The notes below the pieces were generated by a model. That model made no database searches. It saw only the letters and a program-made list of their open reading frames with translations, and had not been told where the DNA came from. A stretch of 64,000 nt of DNA from Eledone cirrhosa (taxonomy: Eukaryota), in assembly GCA_964016885.1 (NCBI GenBank), contig OZ024745.1, positions 11,780,001 through 11,844,000 of the forward strand. The letters run 5' to 3'. Positions 42,401 through 57,400 of the stretch are shown here, in pieces; position 1 is the first letter of the stretch, and every line of letters starts with the position of its first letter. Position numbers and translations under genes: made by a program.

Positions 42401-45400
42401 TTTATATTACATTGAGGACGGTATAGGAAGATACAGTGAGGATTTATATTACATTGAGGACGGTAGAGGAAGGTACAGAGAAGATATATATTACATTGAG
42501 GACGGTAGAGGAAGATACAGTGAGGATTTATATTACATTGAGGACGGTAGAGGAAGATACAGAGAAGATTTATATTACATTGAGGACGGTATAGGAAGAT
42601 ACAGTGAGGATTTATATTACATTGAGGACGGTAGAGGAAGGTACAGAGAAGATTTATATTACATTGAGGGCGGTAGAGGAAGGTACAGAGAAGATTTATA
42701 TTACATTGAGGACGGTAGAGGAAAATACAGAGAAGATTTATATTACATTGAGGACGGTAGAGGAAGATACAGGGAGGATTTATATTACATTGAGGGCGGT
42801 AGAGGAAGATACATTCAGGATTTATATGATATTGATGACGGTAGAGGAAGATACAGAGAAGATTTATATTACATTGAGTACGGTAGAGGAAGATACATTG
42901 AGGATTTATATTACATTGAGGAGGGTAGAGGAAGGTACAGAGATGATTTATATTACATTGAGGACGGTAGAGGAAGGTACAGAGAAGATTTATATTACAT
43001 TGAAGACGGTAGAGGAAGGTACAGAGAAGATTTATATTACATTGAGGGCGGTAGAGGAAGGTACAGAGAAGATTTATATTACATTGAGGGCGGTAGAGGA
43101 AGATACAGAGAAGATTTATATTAAATTGAGGACGGTAGAGGAAGGTACAGAGAAGATTTATATTACATTGAGGGCGGTAGAAGAAGATACAGAGAAGATT
43201 TATATTACATTGAGGACGGTAGAGGAAGAAACAGAGAAGATTTATATTACATTGAGGACGGTAGAGGAAGATACAGTGAGGATTTATATTACATAGAGGA
43301 CGGTAGAGAAAGATATAGAGAAGATTTATATTACATTGAGGACGGTAGAGGAAGATATAGAGAAGATTTATATTACATTGAGGACGGTAGAGGAAGATAC
43401 AGAGAAGATTTATATTACATTGAGGACGGTAGAGGAAGATATAGAGAAGATTTATATTACATTGAGGACGGTAGAGGAAGATATAGAGAAGATTTATATT
43501 ACATTGATGACGGTAGAGGAAGGTACAGAGAAGATTTATATTACATTGAGGACGGTAGAGGAAGATACAGTGAGGATTTATATTACATTGAGGACGGTAG
43601 AGGAAGGTACAGAGAAGATTTATATTACATTGAGGACGGTAGAGGAAGGTACAGAGAAGATTTATATTACATTGAGGACGGTGGAGGAAGATACAGTGAG
43701 GATTTATATTACATTGAGGACGGTAGAGGAAGGTACAGCGAGATTTATATTACATTGAGGACGGTAGAGGAAGATACATTGAGGATTTATATTACATTGA
43801 GGACGGCAGAGGAAGATACAGAGAGGATTTATATTACATTGAGGACGGCAGAGGAAGATACAGTGAGGATTTATATTACATTGAGGACGGCTGAGGAAGA
43901 TATAGTGAAGATTTATATTACATTGAGGACGGTAGAGGAAGGTACAGAGAAGATTTATATTACATTGAGGACGGTAGAGGAAGATATAGAGAGATTTATA
44001 TTACATTGAGGACGGTAGAGGAAGGTACCGAGAGGATTTATATTACATTGAGGACGGTAGAGGAAGGTACTGAGAAGATTTATATTACCTTGAGGACAGT
44101 AGAGGAAGGTACAGAGAAGATTTATATTACATTGAGGACGGTAGAAGAAGGTACAGAGAAGATTTATATTACATTGAGGACGGTAGAGGAAGATACAGAG
44201 AAGATTTATATTACATTGAGGGCGGTAGAGGAAGATACATTGAGGATTTATATTACATTGAGGACGGTAGAGGAAGGTACAGAGAAGATTTATATTACAT
44301 TGAGGACGGTAGAGGAAGATACAGAGAAGATTTATATTACATTGAGGACGGTAGAGGAAGATATAGAGAGATTTATATTACATTGAGGACGGTAGAGGAA
44401 GGTACAGAGAGGATTTATATTACATTGAGGACGGTAGAGGAAGGTACTGAGAAGATTTATATTACCTTGAGGACGGTAGAGGAAGGGACAGAGAAGATTT
44501 ATATTACATTCACGACGGTAGAAGAAGGTACAGAGAAGATTTATATTACATTGAGGACGGTAGAGGAAGGTACAGAGAAGATTTATATTACATTGAGAAC
44601 GGTAGAGGAAGATACAGAGAGGATTTATATTATATTGAGTACAGTAGAGGAAGATACAGAGAGGATTTATTTTACATTGATGACGGTAGAGGAAGATACA
44701 GAGAAGATTTATATTACATTGAGGAGGGTAGAGGAAGGTACAAAGAAGATTTATATTACATTGAGGAGGGTAGAGGAAGATACAGAGAGGATTTATATTA
44801 CATTGAGGACGGTAGAGGAAGGTACATTGAGGATTTATATTACATTGAGGACGGTAGAGGAAGGTACAGAGAAGATTTATATTACATTGAGGACGGTAGA
44901 GGAAGGTACAGAGAAGATTTATATTACATTGAGGACGGTAGAGGAAGATACAGAGAAGATTTATATTACATTGAGGGCGGTAGAGGAAGGTACATTGAGG
45001 ATTTATATTACATTGAGGACGGTAGAGGAAGATACAGAGAAGATTTATATTACATTGAGGACGGTAGAGGAAGATACAGTGAGGATTTATATTACATAGA
45101 GGACGGTAGAGAAAGATATAGAGAAGATTTATATTACATTGAGGACGGTAGAGGAAGATATAGAGAAGATTTATATTACATTGAGGACGGTAGAGGAAGA
45201 TAGAGAGAAGATTTATATTACATTGAGGACGGTAGAGGAAGATATAGAGAAGATTTATATTACATTGAGGACGGTAGAGGAAGATATAGAGAAGATTTAT
45301 ATTACATTGATGACGGTAGAGGAAGGTACAGAGAAGATTTATATTACATTGAGGACGGTAGAGGAAGATACAGTGAGGATTTATATTACATTGAGGACGG

Positions 45401-48400
45401 TAGAGGAAGGTACAGAGAAGATTTATATTACATTGAGGACGGTAGAGGAAGGTACAGAGAAGATTTATATTACATTGAGGACGGTGGAGGAAGATACAGT
45501 GAGGATTTATATTACATTGAGGACGGTAGAGGAAGGTACAGCGAGATTTATATTACATTGAGGACGGTAGAGGAAGATACATTGAGGATTTATATTACAT
45601 TGAGGACGGCAGAGGAAGATACAGAGAGGATTTATATTACATTGAGGACGGCAGAGGAAGATACAGTGAGGATTTATATTACATTGAGGACGGCTGAGGA
45701 AGATATAGTGAAGATTTATATTACATTGAGGACGGTAGAGGAAGGTACAGAGAAGATTTATATTACATTGAGGACGGTAGAGGAAGATATAGAGAGATTT
45801 ATATTACATTGAGGACGGTAGAGGAAGGTACCGAGAGGATTTATATTACATTGAGGACGGTAGAGGAAGGTACTGAGAAGATTTATATTACCTTGAGGAC
45901 AGTAGAGGAAGGTACAGAGAAGATTTATATTACATTGAGGACGGTAGAAGAAGGTACAGAGAAGATTTATATTACATTGAGGACGGTAGAGGAAGATACA
46001 GAGAAGATTTATATTACATTGAGGGCGGTAGAGGAAGATACATTGAGGATTTATATTACATTGAGGACGGTAGAGGAAGGTATTGAGAAGATTTATATTA
46101 CATTGAGGACGGTAGAGGAAGATACAGAGAAGATTTATATTACATTGAGGAGGGTAGAGGAAGGTACAAAGAAGATTTATATTACATTGAGGAGGGTAGA
46201 GGAAGATACAGAGAGGATTTATATTACATTGAGGACGGTAGAGGAAGGTACATTGAGGATTTATATTACATTGAGGACGGTAGAGGAAGGTACAGAGAAG
46301 ATTTATATTACATTGAGGACGGTAGAGGAAGGTACAGAGAAGATTTATATTACATTGAGGACGGTAGAGGAAGATATAGAGAATATTTATATTACATTGA
46401 GGACGGTAGAGGAAGGTACATTGAGGATGTATATTACATTGAGGACGGTAGAGGAAGGTACAGAGAAGATTTATATTACATTAAGGACGGTAGAGGAAGA
46501 TACAGAGAGGATTTATATTACATTGAGGACGGTAGAGCAAGATACAGTGAGGATTTATATTACATAGAGGAGGTAGAGAAAGATATATAGAAGATTTATA
46601 TTACATTCAGGACGGTAGAGGAAGATATAGAGAAGATTTATATTACATTGAGGACGGTAGAGGAAGATACAGAGAAGATTTATATTACATTGAGGACGGT
46701 AGAGGAAGATATAGAGAAGATTTATATTACATTGATGACGGTAGAGGAAGATACATTAAGGATTTATATTACATTGAGGACGGCAGAGGAAGATACAGAG
46801 AGGATTTATATTACATTGAGGACGGTAGAGGAAGATACAGAGAAGATTTATATTACATTGAGGACGGTAGAGGAAGATATAGAGAAGATTTATATTACAT
46901 TGAGGACGGTAGAGGAAGATACAGAGAAGATTTATATTACATTGAGGACGGTAGAGGAAGATATAGAGAAGATTTATATTACATTGATATCGGTAGAGGA
47001 AGGTACAGAGAAGATTTATATTACATTGAGGACGGTAGAGGAAGATACAGTGAGGATTTATATTACATTGAGGACGGTAGAGGAAGGTACAGAGAAGATT
47101 TATATTACATTGAGGACGGTAGAGGAAGATACATTAAGGATTTATATTACATTGAGGACGGCAGAGGAAGATACAGAGAGGATTTATATTACATTGAGGA
47201 CGGCAGAGGAAGATACAGTGAGGATTTATATTACATTGAGGACGGCAGAGGAAGATATAGTGAAGATTTATATTACATTGAGGACGGTAGAGGAAGGTAC
47301 AGAGAAGATTTATATTACATTGAGGACGGTAGAGGAAGATACAGAGAGGATTTATATTACATTGAGGACGGTAGAGGAAGATACAGAGAGGATTTATATT
47401 ACATTGAGGACGGTAGAGGAAGATACAGAGAGGATTTATATTATATTGAGTACAGTAGAGGAAGATACAGAGAGGATTTATATTACATTGAGGACGGTAG
47501 AGGAAGATACAGTGAGGATTTATATTACATGGAGGACGGTAGAGGAAGGTACAGAGAGGACTTATATTACATTGAGGACGGTAGAGGAAGGTACAGAGAG
47601 GATTTATTACATTGAGGACGGTAGAGGAAGGTACAGAGAAGATTTATATTACATTGAGGACGGTAGAGGAAGATACAGAGAAGATTTATATTACATTGAG
47701 GACGGTAGAGGAAGATACAGAGAAGATTTATATTACATTGAGGGCGGTAGAGGAAGGTACATTGAGGATTTATATTACATTGAGGACGGTAGAGGAAGGT
47801 ACAGAGAAGATTTATATTACATTGAGGACGGTAGAGGAAGGTACATAGAAGATTTATATTACATTGAGGACGGTAGAGGAAGATATAGAGAAGATTTATA
47901 TTACATTGAGGACGGTAGAGGAAGGTACATTGAGGATTTATATTACATTGAGGACGGTAGAGGAAGGTACAGAGAAGATTTATATTACATTGAGGACGGT
48001 ATAGGAAGATACAGAGAAGATTTATATTACATTGAGGGCGGTAGAGGAAGATACATTGAGGATTTATATTACATTGAGGACGGTAGAGGAAGGTACAGAG
48101 AAGATTTATATTACATTGAGGACGGTAGAGGAAGATACAGAGAAGATTTATATTACATTGAGGACGGTAGAGGAAGATATAGAGAGATTTATATTACATT
48201 GAGGACGGTAGAAGAACGTACAGAGAGGATTTATATTATATTGAGTACAGTAGAGGAAGATACAGAGAGGATTTATATTACATTGAGGGCGGTAGAGGAA
48301 GATACAGTGAGGATTTATATTACATTGAGGACGGTAGAGGAAGGTACAGAGAGGATTTATATTACATTGGGGACAGTAGAAGAAGGTACAGAGAGGATTT

Positions 48401-51400
48401 ATATTACATTGAGGGCGGTAGAGGAAGGTACAGAGAAGATTTATATTACATTGAGGACGGTAGAGGAAGGTACAGAGATGATTTATATTACATTGAGGGC
48501 GGTAGAAGAAGATACAGAGAAGATTTATATTACATTGAGGACGGTAGAGGAAGATACAGAGAAGATTTATTTTACATTGATGACGGTAGAGGAAGATACA
48601 GAGAAGATTTATATTACATTGAGGAGGGTAGAGGAAGATATAGAGAAGATTTATATTACATTGAGGACGGTAGAGGAAGGTACATTGAGGATTTATATTA
48701 CATTGAGGACGGTAGAGGAAGGTACAGAGAGGATTTATATTACATTGAGGACGGTAGAGGAAGGTACAGAGAGGATTTATATTACATTGAGGACGGTAGA
48801 GGAAGATACAGTGAGGATTTATATTACATAGAGGACGGTAGAGAAAGATATAGAGAAGATTTATATTACATTCAGGACGGTAGAGGAAGATATAGAGAAG
48901 ATTTATATTACATTGAGGACGGTAGAGGAAGATACAGAGAAGATTTATATTACATTGAGGACGGTAGAGGAAGATATAGAGAAGATTTATATTACATTGA
49001 TGACGGTAGAGGAAGGTACAGAGAAGATTTATATTACATTGAGGACTGTAGAGGAAGGTACAGAGAAGATTTATATTACATTGCGGACGGTAGAGGAAGA
49101 TACAGTGAGGATTTATATTACATTGAGGACGGTAGAGGAAGGTACAGAGAAGATTTATATTACATTGAGGACGGTAGAGGAAGGTACAGAGAAGATTTAT
49201 ATTACATTGAGGACGGTAGAGGAAGATACAGTGAGGATTTATATTACATTGAGGACGGTAGAGGAAGGTACAGAGAAGATTTATATTACATTGAGGACGG
49301 TAGAGGAAGATACATTGAGGATTTATATTACATTGAGGACGGCAGAGGAAGATACAGAGAGGATTTATATTACATTGATGACGGCAGAGGAAGATACAGT
49401 GAGGATTTATATTACATTGAGGACGGCAGAGGAAGATATAGTGAAGATTTATATTACATTGACGACGGTAGAGGAAGGCACAGAGAAGATTTATATTACA
49501 TTGATGACGGCAGAGGAAGATACAGAGAGGATTTATATTACATTGATGACGGCAGAGGAAGATACAGAGAGGATTTATATTACATTGATGACGGCAGAGG
49601 AAGATACAGAGAGGATTTATATTACATTGAGGACGGTAGAGGAAGATACAGAGAGGATTTATATTATATTGAGTACAGTAGAGGAAGATACAGAGAGGAT
49701 TTATGTTACATTGAGGACGGTAGAGGAAGGCACAGAGAGGATTTATATTACATTGATGACGGCAGAGGAAGATACAGAGAGGATTTATATTACATTGAGG
49801 ACGGTAGAGGAAGGTACAGAGAGGATTTATATTATATTGAGTACAGTAGAGGAAGGCACAGAGAAGATTTATATTACATTGACGACGGTAGAGGAAGGCA
49901 CAGAGAGGATTTATATTACATTGATGACGGCAGAGGAAGATACAGAGAGGATTTATATTACATTGATGACGGCAGAGGAAGATACAGAGAGGATTTATAT
50001 TACATTGAGGACGGTAGAAGAAGATACAGAGAGGATTTATATTACATTGAGGACGGTAGAGGAAGATACAGAGAGGATTTATATTACATTGAGGACGGTA
50101 GAGGAAGGTACAGAGAGGATTTATATTATATTGAGTACAGTAGAGGAAGGCACAGAGAAGATTTATATTACATTGACGACGGTAGAGGAAGGCACAGAGA
50201 GGATTTATATTACATTGATGACGGCAGAGGAAGATACAGAGAGGATTTATATTACATTGATGACGGTAGAAGAAGATACAGAGAGGATTTATATTACATT
50301 GAGGACGGTAGAAGAAGATACAGAGAGGATTTATATTACATTGAGGACGGTAGAGGAAGATACAGAGAGGATTTATATTATATTGAGTACAGTAGAGGAA
50401 GATACAGAGAGGATTTATGTTACATTGAGGACGGTAGAGGAAGATACAGTGAGGATTTATATTACATTGAGGGCGGTAGAGGAAGGTACAGAGAGGACTT
50501 ATATTACATTGAGGACGGTAGAGGAAGGTACAGAGAGGATTTATTACATTGAGGGCGGTAGAGGAAGGTTCAGAGAAGATTTATATTACATTGAGGACGG
50601 TAGAGGAAGATTCAGAGAAGATTTATATTACATTGAGGACGGTAGAGGAAGATACAAAGAAGATTTATATTACATTGAGGGCGGTAGAGGAAGGTACATT
50701 GAGGATTTATATTACATTGAGGACGGTAGAGGAAGGTAAAGAGAAGATTTATATTACATTGAGGACGGTAGAGGAAGGGACAGAGAAGATTTATATTACA
50801 TTGAGGACGGTAGAGGAAGATATAGAGAAGATTTATATTACATTGAGGACGGTAGAGGAAGGTACATTGAGGATTTATATTACATTGAGGACGGTAGAGA
50901 AAGGTACAGAGAAGATTTATATTACATTGAGGACGGTAGAGGAAGATACAGAGAAGATTTATATTACATTGAGGGCGGTAGAGGAAGATACATTGAGGAT
51001 TTATATTACATTGAGGACGGTAGAGGAAGGTACAGAGAAGATTTATATTACATTGAGGACGGTAGAGGAAGATACAGAGAAGAAATATATTACATTGAGG
51101 ACGGTAGAGGAAGATATAGAGAGATTTATATTACATTGAGGACGGTAGAGGAAGATACATTCAGGATTTATATTACATTGAGGACGGTAGAGGAAGGTAC
51201 AGAGAAGATTTATATTACATTGAGGACGGTAGAGGAAGATACAGAGAAGATATATATTACATTGAGGACGGTAGAGGAAGATATAGAGAGATTTATATTA
51301 CATTGAGGACGGTAGAAGAAGGTACAGAGAGGATTTATATTACATTGACGACGGTAGAGGAAGGTACTGAGAAGATTTATATTACCTTGAGGACGGTAGA

Positions 51401-54400
51401 GGAAGGTACAGAGAAGATTTATATTACATTGAGGACGGTAGAAGAAAGTACAGAGAAGATTTATATTACATTGAGGACGGTAGAGGAAGGTACAGAGAAG
51501 ATTTATATTACATTGAGAACGGTAGAGGAAGATACAGAGACGATTTATATTACGTTGAGGACGGTAGAGGAAGATACAGAGAGGATTTATATTACATTGA
51601 GGACGGTAGAGGAAGATACAGAGAGGATTTATATTATATTGAGTACAGTAGAGGAAGATACAGAGAGGATTTATATTACATTGAGGACGGTAGAGGATTA
51701 CAGTGAGGATTTATATTACATTGAGGACGGTAGAGGAAGGTACAGAGAGGATTTATATTACATTGGGGACGATAGAGGAAGGTACAGAGAGGATTTATAT
51801 TACATTGAGGGCGGTAGAGGAAGGTACAGAGAAGATTTATATTACATTGAGAGCGGTAGAGGAAGATACAGAGAAGATTGATATTACATTGAGGACGGTA
51901 GAGGAAGGTACAGAGAAGATTTATATTACATTGAGGACGGTAGAGGAAGATACAGAGAAGATTTATTTTACATTGATGACGGTAGAGGAAGATACAGAGA
52001 AGATTTATATTACATTGAGGAGGGTAGAGGAAGGTACAGAGAAGATTTATATTACATTGAGGAGGGTAGAGGAAGATACAGAGAGGATTTATATTACATT
52101 GAGGACGGTAGAGGAAGGTACATTGAGGATTTATATTACATTGAGGACGGTAGAGGAAGGTACAGAGAAGATTTATATTACATTGAGGACGGTAGAAGAA
52201 GGTACAGAGAAGATTTATATTACATTGAGGACGGTAGAGGAAGATACAGAGAAGATTTATATTACATTGAGGGCGGTAGAGGAAGGTACATTGAGGATTT
52301 ATATTACATTGAGGACGGTAGAGGAAGGTACAGAGAAGATTTATATTACATTGAGGACGGTAGAGGAAGATATAGAGAAGATTTATATTACATTGAGGAT
52401 GGTAGAGGAAGGTACATTGAGGATTTATATTACATTGGGGACGGTAGAGGAAGGTACAGAGAAGATTTATATCACATTGAGGACGGTAGAGGAAGATACA
52501 GAGAAGATTTATATTACATTGAGGACGGTAGAGGAAGATATAGAGAGATTTATATTACATTGAGGACTGTAGAAGAAGGTACAGAGAGGATTTATATTAC
52601 ATTGAGGACGGTAGAGGAAGGTACTGAGAAGATTTATATTACCTTGAGGACGGTAGAGGAAGGTACAGAGAAGATTTATATTACATTGAGGACGGTAGAA
52701 GAAGGTACAGAGAAGATTTATATTACATTGAGGACGGTAGAGGAAGATATAGAGAAGATTTATATTACATTGAGGACGGTAGAGGAAGGTACATTGAGGA
52801 TTTATATTACATTGAGGACGGTAGAGAAAGGTACAGAGAAGATTTATATTACATTGAGGACGGTAGAGGAAGATACAGAGAAGATTTATATTACATTGAG
52901 GGCGGTAGAGGAAGATACATTGAGGATTTATATTACATTGAGGACGGTAGAGGAAGGTACAGAGAAGATTTATATTACATTGAGGACGGTAGAGGAAGAT
53001 ACAGAGAAGATATATATTACATTGAGGACGGTAGAGGAAGATATAGAGAGATTTATATTACATTGAGGACGGTAGAGGAAGATACATTCAGGATTTATAT
53101 TACATTGAGGACGGTAGAGGAAGGTACAGAGAAGATTTATATTACATTGAGGACGGTAGAGGAAGATACAGAGAAGATATATATTACATTGAGGACGGTA
53201 GAGGAAGATATAGAGAGATTTATATTACATTGAGGACGGTAGAAGAAGGTACAGAGAGGATTTATATTACATTGACGACGGTAGAGGAAGGTACTGAGAA
53301 GATTTATATTACCTTGAGGACGGTAGAGGAAGGTACAGAGAAGATTTATATTACATTGAGGACGGTAGAAGAAAGTACAGAGAAGATTTATATTACATTG
53401 AGGACGGTAGAGGAAGGTACAGAGAAGATTTATATTACATTGAGAACGGTAGAGGAAGATACAGAGACGATTTATATTACGTTGAGGACGGTAGAGGAAG
53501 ATACAGAGAGGATTTATATTACATTGAGGACGGTAGAGGAAGATACAGAGAGGATTTATATTATATCGAGTACAGTAGAGGAAGATACAGAGAGGATTTA
53601 TATTACATTGAGGACGGTAGAGGATTACAGTGAGGATTTATATTACATTGAGGACGGTAGAGGAAGGTACAGAGAGGATTTATATTACATTGGGGACGGT
53701 AGAGGAAGGTACAGAGAGGATTTATATTACATTGAGGGCGGTAGAGGAAGGTACAGAGAAGATTTATATTACATTGAGAGCGGTAGAGGAAGATACAGAG
53801 AAGATTGATATTACATTGAGGACGGTAGAGGAAGGTACAGAGAAGATTTATATTACATTGAGGACGGTAGAGGAAGATACAGAGAAGATTTATTTTACAT
53901 TGATGACGGTAGAGGAAGATACAGAGAAGATTTATATTACATTGAGGAGGGTAGAGGAAGGTACAGAGAAGATTTATATTACATTGAGGAGGGTAGAGGA
54001 AGATACAGAGAGGATTTATATTACATTGAGGACGGTAGAGGAAGGTACATTGAGGATTTATATTACATTGAGGACGGTAGAGGAAGGTACAGAGAAGATT
54101 TATATTACATTGAGGACGGTAGAAGAAGGTACAGAGAAGATTTATATTACATTGAGGACGGTAGAGGAAGATACAGAGAAGATTTATATTACATTGAGGG
54201 CGGTAGAGGAAGGTACATTGAGGATTTATATTACATTGAGGACGGTAGAGGAAGGTACAGAGAAGATTTATATTACATTGAGGACGGTAGAGGAAGATAT
54301 AGAGAAGATTTATATTACATTGAGGATGGTAGAGGAAGGTACATTGAGGATTTATATTACATTGGGGACGGTAGAGGAAGGTACAGAGAAGATTTATATC

Positions 54401-57400
54401 ACATTGAGGACGGTAGAGGAAGATACAGAGAAGATTTATATTACATTGAGGACGGTAGAGGAAGATATAGAGAGATTTATATTACATTGAGGACTGTAGA
54501 AGAAGGTACAGAGAGGATTTATATTACATTGAGGACGGTAGAGGAAGGTACTGAGAAGATTTATATTACCTTGAGGACGGTAGAGGAAGGTACAGAGAAG
54601 ATTTATATTACATTGAGGACGGTAGAAGAAGGTACAGAGAAGATTTATATTACATTGAGGACGGTAGAGGAAGGTACAGAGAAGATTTATATTACATTGA
54701 GAACGGTAGAGGAAGATACAGAGAGGATTTATATTACATTGAGGACGGTAGAGGAAGATACAGAGAGGATTTATATTATATTGAGTACAGTAGAGGAAGA
54801 TACAGAGAGGATTTATATTTCATTGAGGACGGTAGAGGAAGATACAGTGAGGATTTATATTACATTGAGGACGGTAGAGGAAGGTACAGAGAGGATTTAT
54901 ATTACATTGAGGACGGTAGAGGAAGGTACAGAGAGGATTTATATTACATTGAGGGCGGTAGAGGAAGGTACAGAGAAGATTTATATTACATTGAGGGCGG
55001 TAGAGGAAGATACAGAGAAGATTTATATTACATTGAGGACGGTAGTGGAAGGTACAGAGAAGATTTATATTACATTGAGGACGGTAGAGGAAGATACAGA
55101 GAAGATTTATTTTACATTGATTACGGTAGAGAAAGATACAGAGAAGATTTATATTACATTGAGGACGGTAGAGGAAGATACAGAGAGAATTTATATTATA
55201 TTGAGTACAGTAGAGGAAGATACAGAGAGGATTTATATTACATTGAGGACGGTAGAGGAAGATACAGTGAGGATTTATATTACATTGAGGACGGTAGAGG
55301 AAGGTACAGAGAGGACTTATATTACATTGAGGACGGTAGAGGAAGGTACAGAGATGATTTATTACATTGAGGGCGGTAGAGGATGGTACAGAGAAGATTT
55401 ATATTACATTGAGGACGGTAGAGGAAGATACAGAGAAGATTTATATTACATTGAGGACGGTAGAGGAAGATACAGAGAAGATTTATATTACATTGAGGGC
55501 GGTAGAGGAAGGTATATTGAGGATTTATATTACATTGAGGACGGTAGAGGAAGGTACAGAGAAGATTTATATTACATTGAGGACGGTAGAGGAAGATATA
55601 GAGAAGATTTATATTACATTGAGGACGGTAGAGGAAGGTACATTGAGGATTTATATTACATTGAGGACGGTAGAGGAAGGTACAGAGAAGATTTATATTA
55701 CATTGAGGACGGTAGAGGAAGATACAGAGAAGATTTATATTACATTGAGGGCGGTAGAGGAAGATACATTGAGGATTTATATTACATTGAGGACGGTAGA
55801 GGAAGGTACAGAGAAGATTTATGTTACATTGAGGACGGTAGAGGAAGATACAGAGAAGATTTATATTACATTGAGGACGGTAGAGGAAGATATAGAGAGA
55901 TTTATATTACATTGAGGACGGTAGAAGAAGGTACTGAGAGGATTTATATTATATTGAGTACAGTAGAAGAAGATACAGAGAGGATTTATATTACATTGAG
56001 GACGGTAGAGGAAGATACAGTGAGGATTTATATTACATTGAGGACGGTAGAGGAATGTACAGAGAGGATTTATATTACATTGGGGACGGTAGAGGAAGGT
56101 ACAGAGAGGATTTATATTACATTGAGGGCGGTAGAGGAAGGTACAGAGAAGATTTATATTACATTGAGAGCGGTAGAGGAAGATACAGAGAATATTTATA
56201 TTACATTGAGGACGGTAGAGGAAGGTACAGAGATGATTTATATTACATTGAGGACGGTAGAGGAAGATACAGAGAAGATTTATATTACATTGAGGACGGT
56301 AGAGGAAGATATAGAGAAGATTTATATTACATTGAGGAGGGTAGAGGAAGGTACAGAGAAGATTTATATTACATTGAGGAGGGTAGAAGAAGATATAGAG
56401 AAGATTTATATTACATTGAGGACGGTAGAGGAAGGTACATTGAGGATTTATATTACATTGAGGACGGTAGAGGAAGGTACAGAGAAGATTTATATCACAT
56501 TAAGGACGGTAGAGGAAGATACAGAGAGGATTTATATTACATTGAGGACGGTAGAGGAAGATACAGTGAGGATTTATATTACATAGAGGACGGTAGAGAA
56601 AGATATAGAGAAGATTTATATTACATTCAGGACGGTAGAGGAAGATATAGAGAAGATTTATATTACATTGAGGACGGTAGAGGAAGATACAGAGAAGATT
56701 TATATTACATTGAGGACGGTAGAGGAAGATATAGAGAAGATTTATATTACATTCAGGACGGTAGAGGAAGGTACAGAGAAGATTTATATTACATTGAGGA
56801 CGGTAGAGGAAGGTACAGAGAAGATTTATATTACATTGAGGACGGTAGAGGAAGATATAGAGAAGATTTATATTACATTGATGACGGTAGAGGAAGGTAC
56901 AGAGAAGATTTATATTACATTGAGGACGGTAGAGGAAGGTACAGAGAAGATTTATATTACATTGAGGACGGTAGAGGAAGATACAGTGAGGATTTATATT
57001 ACATTGAGGGCGGTAGAGGAAGATACAGTGAGGATTTATATTACATTGAGGGCGGTAGAGGAAGGTACATTGAGGATTTATATTACATTGAGGAGGGCAG
57101 AGGAAGGTACAGAGAAGATTTATATTACATTGAGGACGGTAGAGGAAGGTACAGAGAAGATTTATATTACATTGAGGACGGTAGAGGAAGATATAGAGAA
57201 GATTTATATTACATTGAGGACGGCAGAGGAAGATACAGAGAGGATTTATATTACATTGAGGACAGCAGAGGAAGATACAGTGAGTATTTATATTACATTG
57301 AGGACGGCAGAGGAAGATATAGTGAAGATTTATATTACATTGAGGAAGGTAGAGGAAGGTACAGAGAAGATTTATATTACATTGAGGACGGTAGAGGAAG

